Positions 10,901 to 18,159 of a stretch of 38,505 nucleotides of DNA are shown here, in pieces. The notes below the pieces were generated by a model. The model was not told the DNA's origin. It did not search any database and worked only from the letters and a program-made list of their open reading frames with translations. Each line of letters opens with the position of its first letter. Positions within the stretch are counted from its first letter, which is position 1. Position numbers and translations under genes: made by a program. The DNA is from Promethearchaeota archaeon (lineage in GTDB: Archaea; Asgardarchaeota; Lokiarchaeia; Sigyniarchaeales; SOKP01), in the NCBI GenBank assembly GCA_016839705.1, contig JAEOTR010000038.1, positions 1 to 38,505 on the forward strand, written 5' to 3'.

Positions 10901-10994
10901 GAAAAAAAGAATAAATGATAGTTGGGATGAGAAACCTAAGGATGTAATCTCATTTTTAGATAACTCTGATGAAAAATTTGAAATCTCTTCTTAA
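4965..10994 (+). CDS. Alpha-2-macroglobulin family / thioester-containing protein with signal peptide and C-terminal TM anchor
   Basis: MG-domain motifs (TTDKTIYNPGD, STDKETYEPGD, TDEFG, VDYYIKPVFRV), 'VRKNISESANW...FKLPDNIGEWTIRA', thioester YPYGCIEQT (C1221, nt 8625-8636), TED motifs FQHNDGGWGWW, VEITSYATLA, WGSTADTSAAIIAL, terminal MG-like 'GEVINVTLHI...YVVEDELPTG'. AGGAG RBS. Confidence 0.93.
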   Translation: MNRHRKGSIFLLLVCIQFVLMGFSIMGTSSFNENEQEIPKENDLPNEGVSHSSPYYFPINRSSPLMTETLEEVDSDENLKTAYNYYNNDYVLTLNLDKFVLTIGETLTLNLGLTCNLSASPGRIISVEIYEGFYRNYYYYYPSYYETTTPIYTKNLTTDTNGQASMTFSSTSTEGIYTVYAYTEDYRIYKDFTVGEVGIFYKGPRYYKPNQQYRAAVHMVNLTDFSGIPFTFFNYSISYYLYSTTSWHILTTDLIQTDNAGYSILNTDIPLDADNYHVLRLTLSTLDGKAEYQTFLYESWEYYYYCRWGGQQKTNQEQYQYVVTTDKTIYNPGDNVFLRALVLQYSFMNESKTALHHTPISLTIYNPDEFAIFWTDIVTDEFGILSFNFPLDEDCDLGNYGFEFSYSGETYRYNVKVDYYIKPVFRVEIDTNGKDYYSIHEKWFEGFVDVSYYFGQPVVGATVELTVQSYWGEIKKVIEGYTNGEGRFYFSINLRLIPDLEYTFRVKADVTDDYGRSASTEKIYTRIRELYAYGYLTNWAPHPDDTLEYYFYAFQYVMSDYGYWYWMYNPLVNVSVNIEIFGIANYPIYPLVLKDKQLLTTYSEKTNIFGSGKLEFKLPLIHIMTYNLFEIRLTVNLEDGRSTSSSYYYRYKKYSLDINILEPTLNPGDILEFEVTFKDILTGSSSTGEGKIYIYDANHQLIGRVSDIISGSKTYTFLIPSSSPEGKYFIYSYVYSRQNQYYGGFNYHSAHENFIVGDFQSISFSTNFSTTGTYYDKIIVQLGDTIEINGTTNVTTNIQHYLEIYKRGVLFSVPLEINDNKFSYILSVIPEFVPDFTIIIYTISDSGKLYESVLAVHIDYNFGINLSTDKETYEPGDLVTLTITPTENITSVVALSFIDSAVLDVEPEDDSELAYFSDRPYSTYISSGSSWGFGFSAESYWWFGYGRLTGGIYYLPLPLFDEYYTVSLEFFGRADLKSDTPSFDELLSNFETDVRKNISESANWMPELIISEPTEITFKLPDNIGEWTIRAVCNNIFENSNDIILWGDVITKRIKSFLPFFIEFEISEPVFQDDILSVKGYVYNYIGTDVDATVAISAPELIILNKDVQELFIPDGYVSEVEFSVYCIEPYSQNITLLAAAEPFGVKYSDAKQLTIYIKPNGIEIISRTIGFLNATDGSLILNHTIDPLTIYHKETLALYADLMDISIDSWQSLIGYPYGCIEQTISKTLPTALIFNYLNQTGQLTSNLKQELSFMILDGLGRIYNFQHNDGGWGWWRNDASKIIMTSIVVFALNKIEEVGFQINSDILNKGIDYLIAQQHPNGLWDFQEYSSNTLEATAFILKTFLCSKQITTEMNTAITSAVSELANLWNSGDMKSTYGASLFYIATLGSIYENITLNNELIQYIKDDKKVEEDTIFWESDTNSIWYWRKLGKKVEITSYATLALAMDDYISNYALIQKAVRFLLNQRNRWGWGSTADTSAAIIALTEINGIMINGGIIDFNGTISIIVNNNTPPQYFLNVTEMNNHPDEILLKLSAFMLGNLNTINITLDGIGTICYIFESVQILRSDPKIEIPEIIEVSKNEHFYFPVEFSNIDERMPLVDTTISLLDVPDNFSDPEADYIIVHPLIINGSKIYFPLIAPNNDGDYFLEGVSILGYIQYNDTSSNSSRFQPFQQTIGPIIIRVGSHSQSLFPSIEPINPVIEPQIITIKKQMSKQKLLTSGEVINVTLHITNTGDSRQFYVVEDELPTGTVFLPDSVIISDNYDDTEITYGLYSSGIHFFFPMLSTGITEIIYQVQVINIKNAYSGSCKLWGMYDDILISAKSIVLENIPRKHYANQLVYQDLMEPLILNTSIKQSYKIPDIHLQINIDAIDNNLINKIRVVFSQKSGWRSQTLYSMDNQGEFSITITDLKNINSVITLFIEVSDIYGNTATMILMPIKITAYELIPYLIVVIIVGFSIGLASISTILYKNSVEKKKRINDSWDEKPKDVISFLDNSDEKFEISS

Positions 10995-11274
10995 AAATCA
11001 CTTTTTTAGTATTATAAATTTTTTTCATTAAATCGCCTTAAAATGTATTAGAAGAAGTATTATAATATAATTTTAAAAATCCATATTTACTTCTTAAACT
11101 AAAACTAATATTAAATCTAATATTAGCTTAGACGTTGTCATCTTTTTTTAATGATATTAGAAGAGAAGTTTAAACACAGTCTAAGAGTCCATTGAGAGTT
11201 CCTATTCTTAAACTATATATTAAATCCTGTGAATATTATTATTATAGAAAAAAACAAAAAAAGTGAAAAAAAAA

Positions 11275-11496
11275 ATGACCCAAGCTTATGAAAATGTAAT
11301 GGAAATGAATATGATTGAAGTTGAAGAGATTGAAATTCCTGAAGTTCAAAAAGCTCCCGAAAATAAGGCTGATGATCTAATTGGAGATTTAAATCCACGA
11401 TATTATGAAGAAGCAATTACTATGAATGAAGCTCACGACCGAATTCATTCAGCTAAAGCTTATTCTAATACGAGTTTCAATTCTTATGGTTTTTAA
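11275..11496 (+). CDS. Small acidic hypothetical protein (likely start ATG 11275 rather than GTG 11263)
   Basis: Open frame MTQAYENVMEMN...SYGF with GAA/GCT-rich codons, TATA-like TATATATTAAA near 11214-11224 and a downstream oligo-T tract. Confidence 0.7.
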   Translation: MTQAYENVMEMNMIEVEEIEIPEVQKAPENKADDLIGDLNPRYYEEAITMNEAHDRIHSAKAYSNTSFNSYGF

Positions 11497-11499
11497 ATA

Positions 11500-11519
11500 A
11501 TTTTTTTCTCTCCTTTTTT
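11500..11519 (+). terminator. Archaeal-type pyrimidine/oligo-T terminator
   Basis: TTTTTTTCTCTCCTTTTTT just after the stop of the small acidic ORF. Confidence 0.45.
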
Positions 11520-11728
11520 AAATAAAATACTATTTTATAATAATAAACCTATAATTTTTGATTTCTTCTTAGAAAGTTTCTTGTTATCTTTATGAAGTAT
11601 AAGCTCTTAAAAATTAGAGAATCATATTTTTTTTTCTTCCCTTTATTTTATAAATAAAAACGTCACCCAAAAAATTAATTTTAATAATTCTGCTAATTTA
11701 TACAACTCAATACAAGGTGATTTATAAA

Positions 11729-12760
11729 ATGATTGAAACGAATATTACAAAAATGTTTGGGTTGAAATACCCTATATTTTCTGCACCAATGGGTCCTTTT
11801 TTCACACGAGATTTAGCCCTTGCGGTGAGTGAAGCTGGTGGATTGGGTGTATTATCAAATGTTAACATAATTGGAACAAATCCAGTTGAAGAACATAAAA
11901 AAAGCATTGAATATATGATTGAACATACTGATAAACCATTTGGTCTCAATTTTCTTACATCTCGTAACAATATAGGTGTTAAGGAAATGTGTACTGATGT
12001 TCCGAAAATAGTTATGGATAATCCGAGAATGAGAGAGCAATGTGTCTATTGGTTGACCTCTGCAGGATCCTCAAAGATTCTACCTGCTTCGAAACCCTTC
12101 CAAGAGTTACGGGAAAGATCGGAAGTAAAACACTTTCACGTAGCACCAGCTGTATGGTTAGCACAGAAATGTGTAGAAGCCCAGGTGGATGGAATAGTAT
12201 GCACTGGTACTGAAGGAGGAGGACATCAGTCCTATGAGAAGGTTACAACGTTAGTTTTACTCCAACAACTTGCAAAAGCTTTCCCGGATTTGCCTAAAAT
12301 TGCATGTGGAGGATTTGCAACAGGAGAAGGTTTAGCAGCAGCATTATCATTAGGAGCAGGAGCAATAGCTATGGGTTCACGATTTATAGCATCAAAACAA
12401 AGTGAATTTAATGAAGCGTATAAAAAATTAATCCCTCCAGGAACCCCTCAAGATACAGGATTGTTTACCGGGTCTTTCGGTCCTATCAGATTATATCGGA
12501 ATAAATATGCGTTAGAGCATCCAGCACCCTCTACTAAAGAGGAAATGATGGCTTATGAAAGATCCCTAACGATGGAACAGAGGACACGTGATGCAGGTGC
12601 ATATGAAAGGATATATAACGGAGATACTGAAAATGGTGCAGTATTACTTGGACAATCAATCGGAATTATTAAGAGTATTGATGATGTAAACGATATCATT
12701 GAAAGAGTCATGAAAGAAGCAGAATCAGCGATACGTAAAAATGCTGCTATGCTTAAATAA
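11729..12760 (+). CDS. Nitronate monooxygenase / FabK-like FMN protein (paralog 2, close to paralog 1)
   Basis: Same motifs as paralog 1 (GTEGGGHQSYEKV, IACGGFATG, IAMGSRF). The GTG at 11717 is part of an AAGGTGA RBS, so the start is probably ATG 11729. Confidence 0.9.
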   Translation: MIETNITKMFGLKYPIFSAPMGPFFTRDLALAVSEAGGLGVLSNVNIIGTNPVEEHKKSIEYMIEHTDKPFGLNFLTSRNNIGVKEMCTDVPKIVMDNPRMREQCVYWLTSAGSSKILPASKPFQELRERSEVKHFHVAPAVWLAQKCVEAQVDGIVCTGTEGGGHQSYEKVTTLVLLQQLAKAFPDLPKIACGGFATGEGLAAALSLGAGAIAMGSRFIASKQSEFNEAYKKLIPPGTPQDTGLFTGSFGPIRLYRNKYALEHPAPSTKEEMMAYERSLTMEQRTRDAGAYERIYNGDTENGAVLLGQSIGIIKSIDDVNDIIERVMKEAESAIRKNAAMLK

Positions 12761-12811
12761 AACTTTACATATTTACAAAAATCTTTTATTTTCTTTTATA
12801 TTGAGATTTAA

Positions 12812-13246
12812 TTAACCAGAAAAATTTTTTAGTTTCTGCAACTCTTTTTTAAGATCATCGGGGATGATTGCTTTTTTTTTTTCTTCATAGTTATACCACA
12901 CTATATGAGCTTCTCCTTCAGCAGCTGTACGATTCAATTTTTTACTCAGTATAGAATGATGAATAATTATTTTTGATTCTTCAATAGCTTTTATTTTGGC
13001 ACCAACATAGACGGTGTCGGGATAAATCAAAGGAGCCTTATAATAGCAATCTTGGTATGATAATATTGGAGCGATACGAGCTGTTGTAGGATCTTTATAG
13101 ACATTCAACAATTCAAATAATGCTATCCGTGAACTCTCAAAATATCTGTAATAAATTGTATTATTAACATGCCCTCTAGCATCCATGTCTCCCCATCGGA
13201 TGGGTATCTCCATAACCACAGGGAAATTCTTTAATTTTTCGGTCAT
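12812..13246 (-). CDS. Acyl-CoA thioesterase (4HBT/YbgC/FadM-like hot-dog fold)
   Basis: 'IRWGDMDARGHVNNTIYYRYFESSR' family signature; 'YKAPLIYPD'. Confidence 0.9.
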   Translation of the reverse strand: MTEKLKNFPVVMEIPIRWGDMDARGHVNNTIYYRYFESSRIALFELLNVYKDPTTARIAPILSYQDCYYKAPLIYPDTVYVGAKIKAIEESKIIIHHSILSKKLNRTAAEGEAHIVWYNYEEKKKAIIPDDLKKELQKLKNFSG

Positions 13247-13323
13247 TGTTTCATCTCTGATTAATCAATTCTAAAATACATAGAAATAAAATTATAGAAA
13301 TAAGAAATTTAATAAAAATAAAT

Positions 13324-14295
13324 TTAAAAAGTGGTTTTTAACCTATTAATAACAGATTCGGCTTCTTCCATTATTCTATCCAATAATTCCTTTGCAGTAG
13401 GAATATCTTTAATTAAACCTATACCTTGACCACAGCTTACCATACCCGCGTCTATTTCACCTTCTCTATACATTTTTAATGCATTTTGACCAGAGGCTAC
13501 TTGAATTATTTCCTCTAAAGGAGCTTTTTTAGATTCCAATTCAATTATTTTTTCAGCAGCTTTATTTCTCCAAACTCTATGGGTATTACGAATAGATCGC
13601 ATGACTAAATGAGTATCTGTTTCTTGAGCTTGAACAAAAGCTTGTTTTAGATTATCGTGAATAGGACATTCTTGAGTTGCCATCATCCTAGTCCCCATAA
13701 TAACACCTTCAGCACCAAGTGCTAAAGCAGCAGCAATTCCTCGTCCATCGGTAATTCCTCCCCCAGCGATTACTGGAACATCTATAGCATCTACAACACA
13801 TGGGGTCATAACAAGAGTACCGATATCTAAAGTTCCTGTTGCACCACCATTTTCATACCCAACTACAGTTATCATATCAGCGCCCAAAGATGCAGCTGTT
13901 TTGGCATATCTTACACCTGCACATTTATGAATCCAAATAGCGCCACCATCCCTAAATTTTGGGACCAAATCTGCAGGGGCCTTATGGCCACTTGTTTCGA
14001 TTATTTTCGCACCCTCATCAAGAGTTGCTCCTACATACAGTTCCAATTTCTCTTGCGGCATCATTGCGGGAAATAAATTTATATTTACAGCAAAGGGTTT
14101 ATCAGTTAAGGACTGTGTTTTTTTAATTGCTTCCCGTAACTCATCAGGAGTTTTGTAATTAGCACTGGCTAAAACCGCACATGCACCAGCATTGCTTACT
14201 GCAGCAACAAATTCAGGATTTGAGATATTTGCCATAGTCCCCGATATAATAGGATATTTACATCCTAACATTTCAGTAACTTTCGTTTTAATCAT
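13324..14295 (-). CDS. Nitronate monooxygenase / FabK-like FMN protein (paralog 3; His replaced)
   Basis: KTKVTEMLGCKYPII, AAVSNAG, TDKPFAVN, GYENGGA (canonical EAGGH), PVIAGGGITDGRG, GVIMGTR, CGQGIG. Confidence 0.9.
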   Translation of the reverse strand: MIKTKVTEMLGCKYPIISGTMANISNPEFVAAVSNAGACAVLASANYKTPDELREAIKKTQSLTDKPFAVNINLFPAMMPQEKLELYVGATLDEGAKIIETSGHKAPADLVPKFRDGGAIWIHKCAGVRYAKTAASLGADMITVVGYENGGATGTLDIGTLVMTPCVVDAIDVPVIAGGGITDGRGIAAALALGAEGVIMGTRMMATQECPIHDNLKQAFVQAQETDTHLVMRSIRNTHRVWRNKAAEKIIELESKKAPLEEIIQVASGQNALKMYREGEIDAGMVSCGQGIGLIKDIPTAKELLDRIMEEAESVINRLKTTF

Positions 14296-14431
14296 AATTT
14301 TATACCTAAAAATTAGTCAATTATAGATAGTAATTTCTCCATTTGATTTATATTTCATTAAAAAAATATAATATCAATACAAGGTTTTAAAAAATTTAAT
14401 ATTGTTATGAAAAAAGAGGTTAAAGATAAAG

Positions 14432-15265
14432 ATGGACTATGAGTTTATAATTTTTGAAGTTTCAGGCCAAGTAGCAACAATAACACTCAACAGACCAGAA
14501 CGCCTTAATGCGTGGACATATGAAATGAGTAATGAGATATGGGATGCTCTAATTAAAGTAGAAAATGATCCTAATTTAAGAGTAACGATCGTCACAGGGG
14601 CGGGAAGGGGTTTTTGTGCTGGTGCAGATTTATCAAGAGGTAGTACTACATTTGATGGATCTAATCGTCCTCGTGAGGAGGTTGAAAGAAGAAGACGTGA
14701 AGGTAGCCTAATTAGACGATATTTTACTTTAAAAAAGCCTGTTATCGTTGCAATCAACGGACCTGTTGTTGGAGTAGGAGTAACACTTATCTTACCATTC
14801 GATATTCGAATCGCAGCAGAGAGTGCACGCATTGGAATCGTGTTTAATCGCCGTGGTGTTATCCCTGAAATTGCGTGTCCTTGGATTTTACCCCGAATTA
14901 TTGGGATAAGTAGAGCTGCTGAATTAATGTATACTGGTAGAATTGTTAATGCTAAGGAAGCTTTGGAATTTGGTCTTGTAAGTCGAGTTGTACCTGACGA
15001 TAAACTTATGGATACAGCTCGAGAAATAGCTGATGAAATATTGCTTTCTGCTCCTGTTAGTGTTGCTTTAACAAAACGCATGTTATATCAATTTCTTACT
15101 GAAACAGATATTGATAAAGCGGAGAGAATTAATCATCAATATTTTGGATGGACTGGAACACAACCAGATGCTCGCGAAGGAGTAGTTTCTTTCCTTCAAA
15201 AAAGAAGGCCCGAATGGAAAATGAAAGTTCCTGATGATCTACCGGATTTTTTCCCTTTAGAATGA
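14432..15265 (+). CDS. Enoyl-CoA hydratase/isomerase (crotonase) family protein
   Basis: ITLNRPERLNA, VTGAGRGFCAGADL, KPVIVAINGPVVGVG, FNRRGVIPE, DAREGVVSFLQKRRPEW. Confidence 0.92.
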   Translation: MDYEFIIFEVSGQVATITLNRPERLNAWTYEMSNEIWDALIKVENDPNLRVTIVTGAGRGFCAGADLSRGSTTFDGSNRPREEVERRRREGSLIRRYFTLKKPVIVAINGPVVGVGVTLILPFDIRIAAESARIGIVFNRRGVIPEIACPWILPRIIGISRAAELMYTGRIVNAKEALEFGLVSRVVPDDKLMDTAREIADEILLSAPVSVALTKRMLYQFLTETDIDKAERINHQYFGWTGTQPDAREGVVSFLQKRRPEWKMKVPDDLPDFFPLE

Positions 15266-15315
15266 GATTTGGTAAAAAATTTTTTGCTTTTCTATTTATT
15301 TTTCATTAATTTGAT

Positions 15316-15879
15316 CTAATTTCTCATGAAAATAAAGGCGTTTACGAACTTACCTTTTTCAATTTCTAATGAAAGTGGTAGATTTTGAGAAAAGACTTCT
15401 GGGTCGACGGCATCAGGATGGGAAGGTCTTCGTTGTCGAACAACTTCTACCCCGGCGGAGTTGAATTCAAATATTATAATCAATCCTTTTTCTTTAATCA
15501 CTCTGATAAATTCTCGTAAGGCGGATTTTTTGTCATCAATATGATGAAAAGACGTATAGCAAAATACAGCATCAAAAGATTTATCTTCGAAGGGTAAATC
15601 TTCAGCTCTGAAAAATTTAAAAGTAATCAAATCCTCCACTGATAATTTTTTCGCAGATTCACGCCATTTTGCCCAATTATGACCCTCAGGTTCTCCTGTC
15701 GTTACCTTATATCCTTGGAGTGCTAAAATAATTGACATTACACCATATCCTGTTCCTATATCAAGAATTCTAACGTTTTTTTTCAATTTTAATTTTTCTA
15801 CAGTGCTATAAAGGAAATCAGCATTAAAGGAAAATTTTTCTGATAGTATATTTTTAGCTTTTTCCAAATCTATCTTCAT
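15316..15879 (-). CDS. Class I SAM-dependent methyltransferase
   Basis: Motif I ILDIGTGYG, AEDLPFEDKSFDAV, FHH, 'LREFIRVIKEKG'. Confidence 0.88.
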   Translation of the reverse strand: MKIDLEKAKNILSEKFSFNADFLYSTVEKLKLKKNVRILDIGTGYGVMSIILALQGYKVTTGEPEGHNWAKWRESAKKLSVEDLITFKFFRAEDLPFEDKSFDAVFCYTSFHHIDDKKSALREFIRVIKEKGLIIIFEFNSAGVEVVRQRRPSHPDAVDPEVFSQNLPLSLEIEKGKFVNAFIFMRN

Positions 15880-15941
15880 AATGTTAATCTAGATTTCACA
15901 AAATTAGAATCTTATTGAATTGGTTTTTAAAAAATGAGTTG

Positions 15942-15977
15942 GTCGACGAAAAAATTTTGGGATTTATTCTCGCCGAC
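15942..15977 (-). other. Candidate RNA hairpin upstream of the methyltransferase gene
   Basis: Minus strand GUCGGCGAGAA-(14 nt)-UUUUCGUCGAC: 11-bp stem with two G-U pairs that form only on the minus strand. Confidence 0.4.
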
Positions 15978-16237
15978 ATAAATTTTTAATAACAATTTAA
16001 TAGCTTCATTTAAATAGGTTTCATTACAAACCATATATTGTCGAGAAGAGGTATTATTACCTCAATGCATTGTAACCATCGGTTAATCAACAGCGATATG
16101 AAAGGAAATTGTGAGTAAAATCGCAATTTGAACTAAAATGTTAGCCTTCCGGTTAATATTCGGTGTTCAATCCAACCAATTCGTAAGAACTGGCGAGGTT
16201 ATCAAACGATAATGTTAGCCATTGGATAAGAAATTAT

Positions 16238-16367
16238 TCTCTGGATAATGATTCTTTTCACAGCGTCGCTTGAATTGATGTATTGAGAAATTCCCCTCAC
16301 TGAGTAAGGAATAATAATACCAATGCAATGAACACCTTTGGGTTTTCATTAGCATCTTCTCTACCTT
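16238..16367. repeat. Degenerate ~130-bp direct repeat, copy A
   Basis: Manual alignment with 18952-19080 gives about 97/130 identities and a single 1-nt gap. Confidence 0.8.
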
Positions 16368-16433
16368 TTACCTAATTTATGGAGTATCATTGAAAACTGC
16401 TAAGAACAAAATATAAATTAATATCTTTAATTT

Positions 16434-16826
16434 TCATCTTGTTTTATTATAATAATATAGATTGGTCGCAATTAACATAATTAGTACTATATTATAACAC
16501 AAGGTAGTAATTATGGAGATTATTGGTGCTGGGATAAAAATTAAAGATACAATATTTAGAACCAATATCATTAATTGCCAGGTAATGATAAATTCGAAGA
16601 TCATTTTCATGTGTTCCCATTCTTTTTTTTTTCGAGCAAGTATAGCAAAAATTGACAAAATTAAGAAAGTTCCCCCGAAGACCCAAGAATAATAAGGATC
16701 GTAAAATGGCCATTGGACAAGAAGTAAATATGCATGTGGGATCACCAGATATAGGAATGCGATTATTATACCTACAATAGCATTAATTATTAATAAAATT
16801 TTCATACTTTTTGTTATTTCTACCAT
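16434..16826 (-). CDS. Hypothetical 4-TM membrane protein
   Basis: Four hydrophobic helices; 'WPFYDPYYS..FGG' loop. Confidence 0.75.
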   Translation of the reverse strand: MVEITKSMKILLIINAIVGIIIAFLYLVIPHAYLLLVQWPFYDPYYSWVFGGTFLILSIFAILARKKKEWEHMKMIFEFIITWQLMILVLNIVSLIFIPAPIISIITTLCYNIVLIMLIATNLYYYNKTR

Positions 16827-16878
16827 TTCATATCATCTCATATTGTATGATTCGGATTTATTTGATTTTTTACAAAAT

Positions 16879-17958
16879 TTACGTTGTTGCGGGTAAAATG
16901 TAAGATTCAAGCAAATATAAGGGAAAATTGAATTGTAAATTCATACCTGTGAAAACAACTACTAAGTGCTTTTCAGGAAACACATTAATTTGCTGTTCCC
17001 CATATCCTAATGCTCGAAAACATCTAAGATCTGGATTAATCCACCATTGATATCCATATTCAACATTTGGGGCAACAACAATCTTTGAAGTAGTTGATGC
17101 TTTTACCCAATTTCTTGAAATTATCTGCGTTCCTTCCCAATTGCCATCCTTAAGGAACATTTGTCCAATTTTAGCCATATTACGAGCTGTTAGAAACAGT
17201 CCATCACCACCACAAGCTACACCCTGTGGATCTGTAAGCCAGTTTGCATCGATAATAGATAACGGTTCAAATAAATATTCATTGGCAAAATCAATAGTAG
17301 ACATATTAGTAGCTCTTTCTAAAATTGCGGTTAGTAAATGGGAAGCTCCTGTATTATAATTAAAAACAAGACCGGGAGGTGCAACCATTTGTCTATCAAG
17401 AACAAATTTAACATGATCTCCACTTGCCTTCCATGTATTATAAGGATTTCGATTATCCTCATAAGGATAATATTCAGGCCAATTCAAGCCTGTTGTCATA
17501 GTTAATAAGTGTTCAATTGTCATAGATTCCTTTTGGGCATCTATGTTTGTAATATTTTTATCCGGAAAGTAATCGAGGACAAATTCATTTATACTTTCAA
17601 TATAACCTTTATCGATAGCAATTCCGATTAAAGCAGAAGTAACACTTTTTGAAACAGAATATACACGAAAGTTATATTCTTTATTTGCAAACTGATGGTA
17701 CCATTCAGTTACAATAAAACCATTTCTAATAACAATGATGCTATACACAAAATAATTCTGATTTTCAACATCATTTATCATATCTGTTAAGACATCTGAA
17801 TCCATCTGTACGAGTTCAGGTATTATAGTTGTCCAATGTTCCTGAGAATTCAATCTTGTTATAAGAATCCATCCAGGTAGAATCCCTCCGGTTCCAAGAA
17901 TTAAGACTATAAGTGGAAGACTTATCTGTTTAAACCTGTTCTTATCTTTTCTTGACAT
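16879..17958 (-). CDS. Membrane-anchored serine hydrolase (beta-lactamase class C / NylB-like)
   Basis: N-terminal TM, YSVSKS (SxxK), HLLTMTTG, FNYNT (catalytic Tyr), LFEPL, ARNMAKIGQ, YGYQWW, ALGYGEQ. Confidence 0.9.
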   Translation of the reverse strand: MSRKDKNRFKQISLPLIVLILGTGGILPGWILITRLNSQEHWTTIIPELVQMDSDVLTDMINDVENQNYFVYSIIVIRNGFIVTEWYHQFANKEYNFRVYSVSKSVTSALIGIAIDKGYIESINEFVLDYFPDKNITNIDAQKESMTIEHLLTMTTGLNWPEYYPYEDNRNPYNTWKASGDHVKFVLDRQMVAPPGLVFNYNTGASHLLTAILERATNMSTIDFANEYLFEPLSIIDANWLTDPQGVACGGDGLFLTARNMAKIGQMFLKDGNWEGTQIISRNWVKASTTSKIVVAPNVEYGYQWWINPDLRCFRALGYGEQQINVFPEKHLVVVFTGMNLQFNFPLYLLESYILPATT

Positions 17959-18159
17959 TCTACAGAATATTGTTCCTTAAGTTAAAAATTATGAAAAACA
18001 AATAATCAGTAATATGAAAAAATTCATTGTTAATAAAAAACTTGTAGACTAATATTTGATAATTCAAGATAATCGAAAAACGCAATCGATAGAATATTAT
18101 TCATCAAACTAAAACAAAATAAAAATTTCATGAAAAAACTTTATTAGTTTCTTTAATTA

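Noticed and set aside
11052-11095. Inverted repeat AAGAAGTA...TACTTCTT downstream of A2M
   Set aside because: Short AT-rich arms with a long loop; plausible by chance at this base composition.
14437-15081. 214-aa antisense ORF
   Set aside because: Shadow of the crotonase on the opposite strand; no motifs.
16211-16356. 46-codon minus-strand ORF (MLMKTQRCSLHW...) over repeat copy A
   Set aside because: The same frame has several stops in copy B and the sequence is not protein-like; covered under the repeat finding.
16879-17958. Calling the SxxK hydrolases beta-lactam resistance genes
   Set aside because: The motifs fit the broad esterase/amidase branch (no KTG triad in the complete copy); resistance cannot be inferred.
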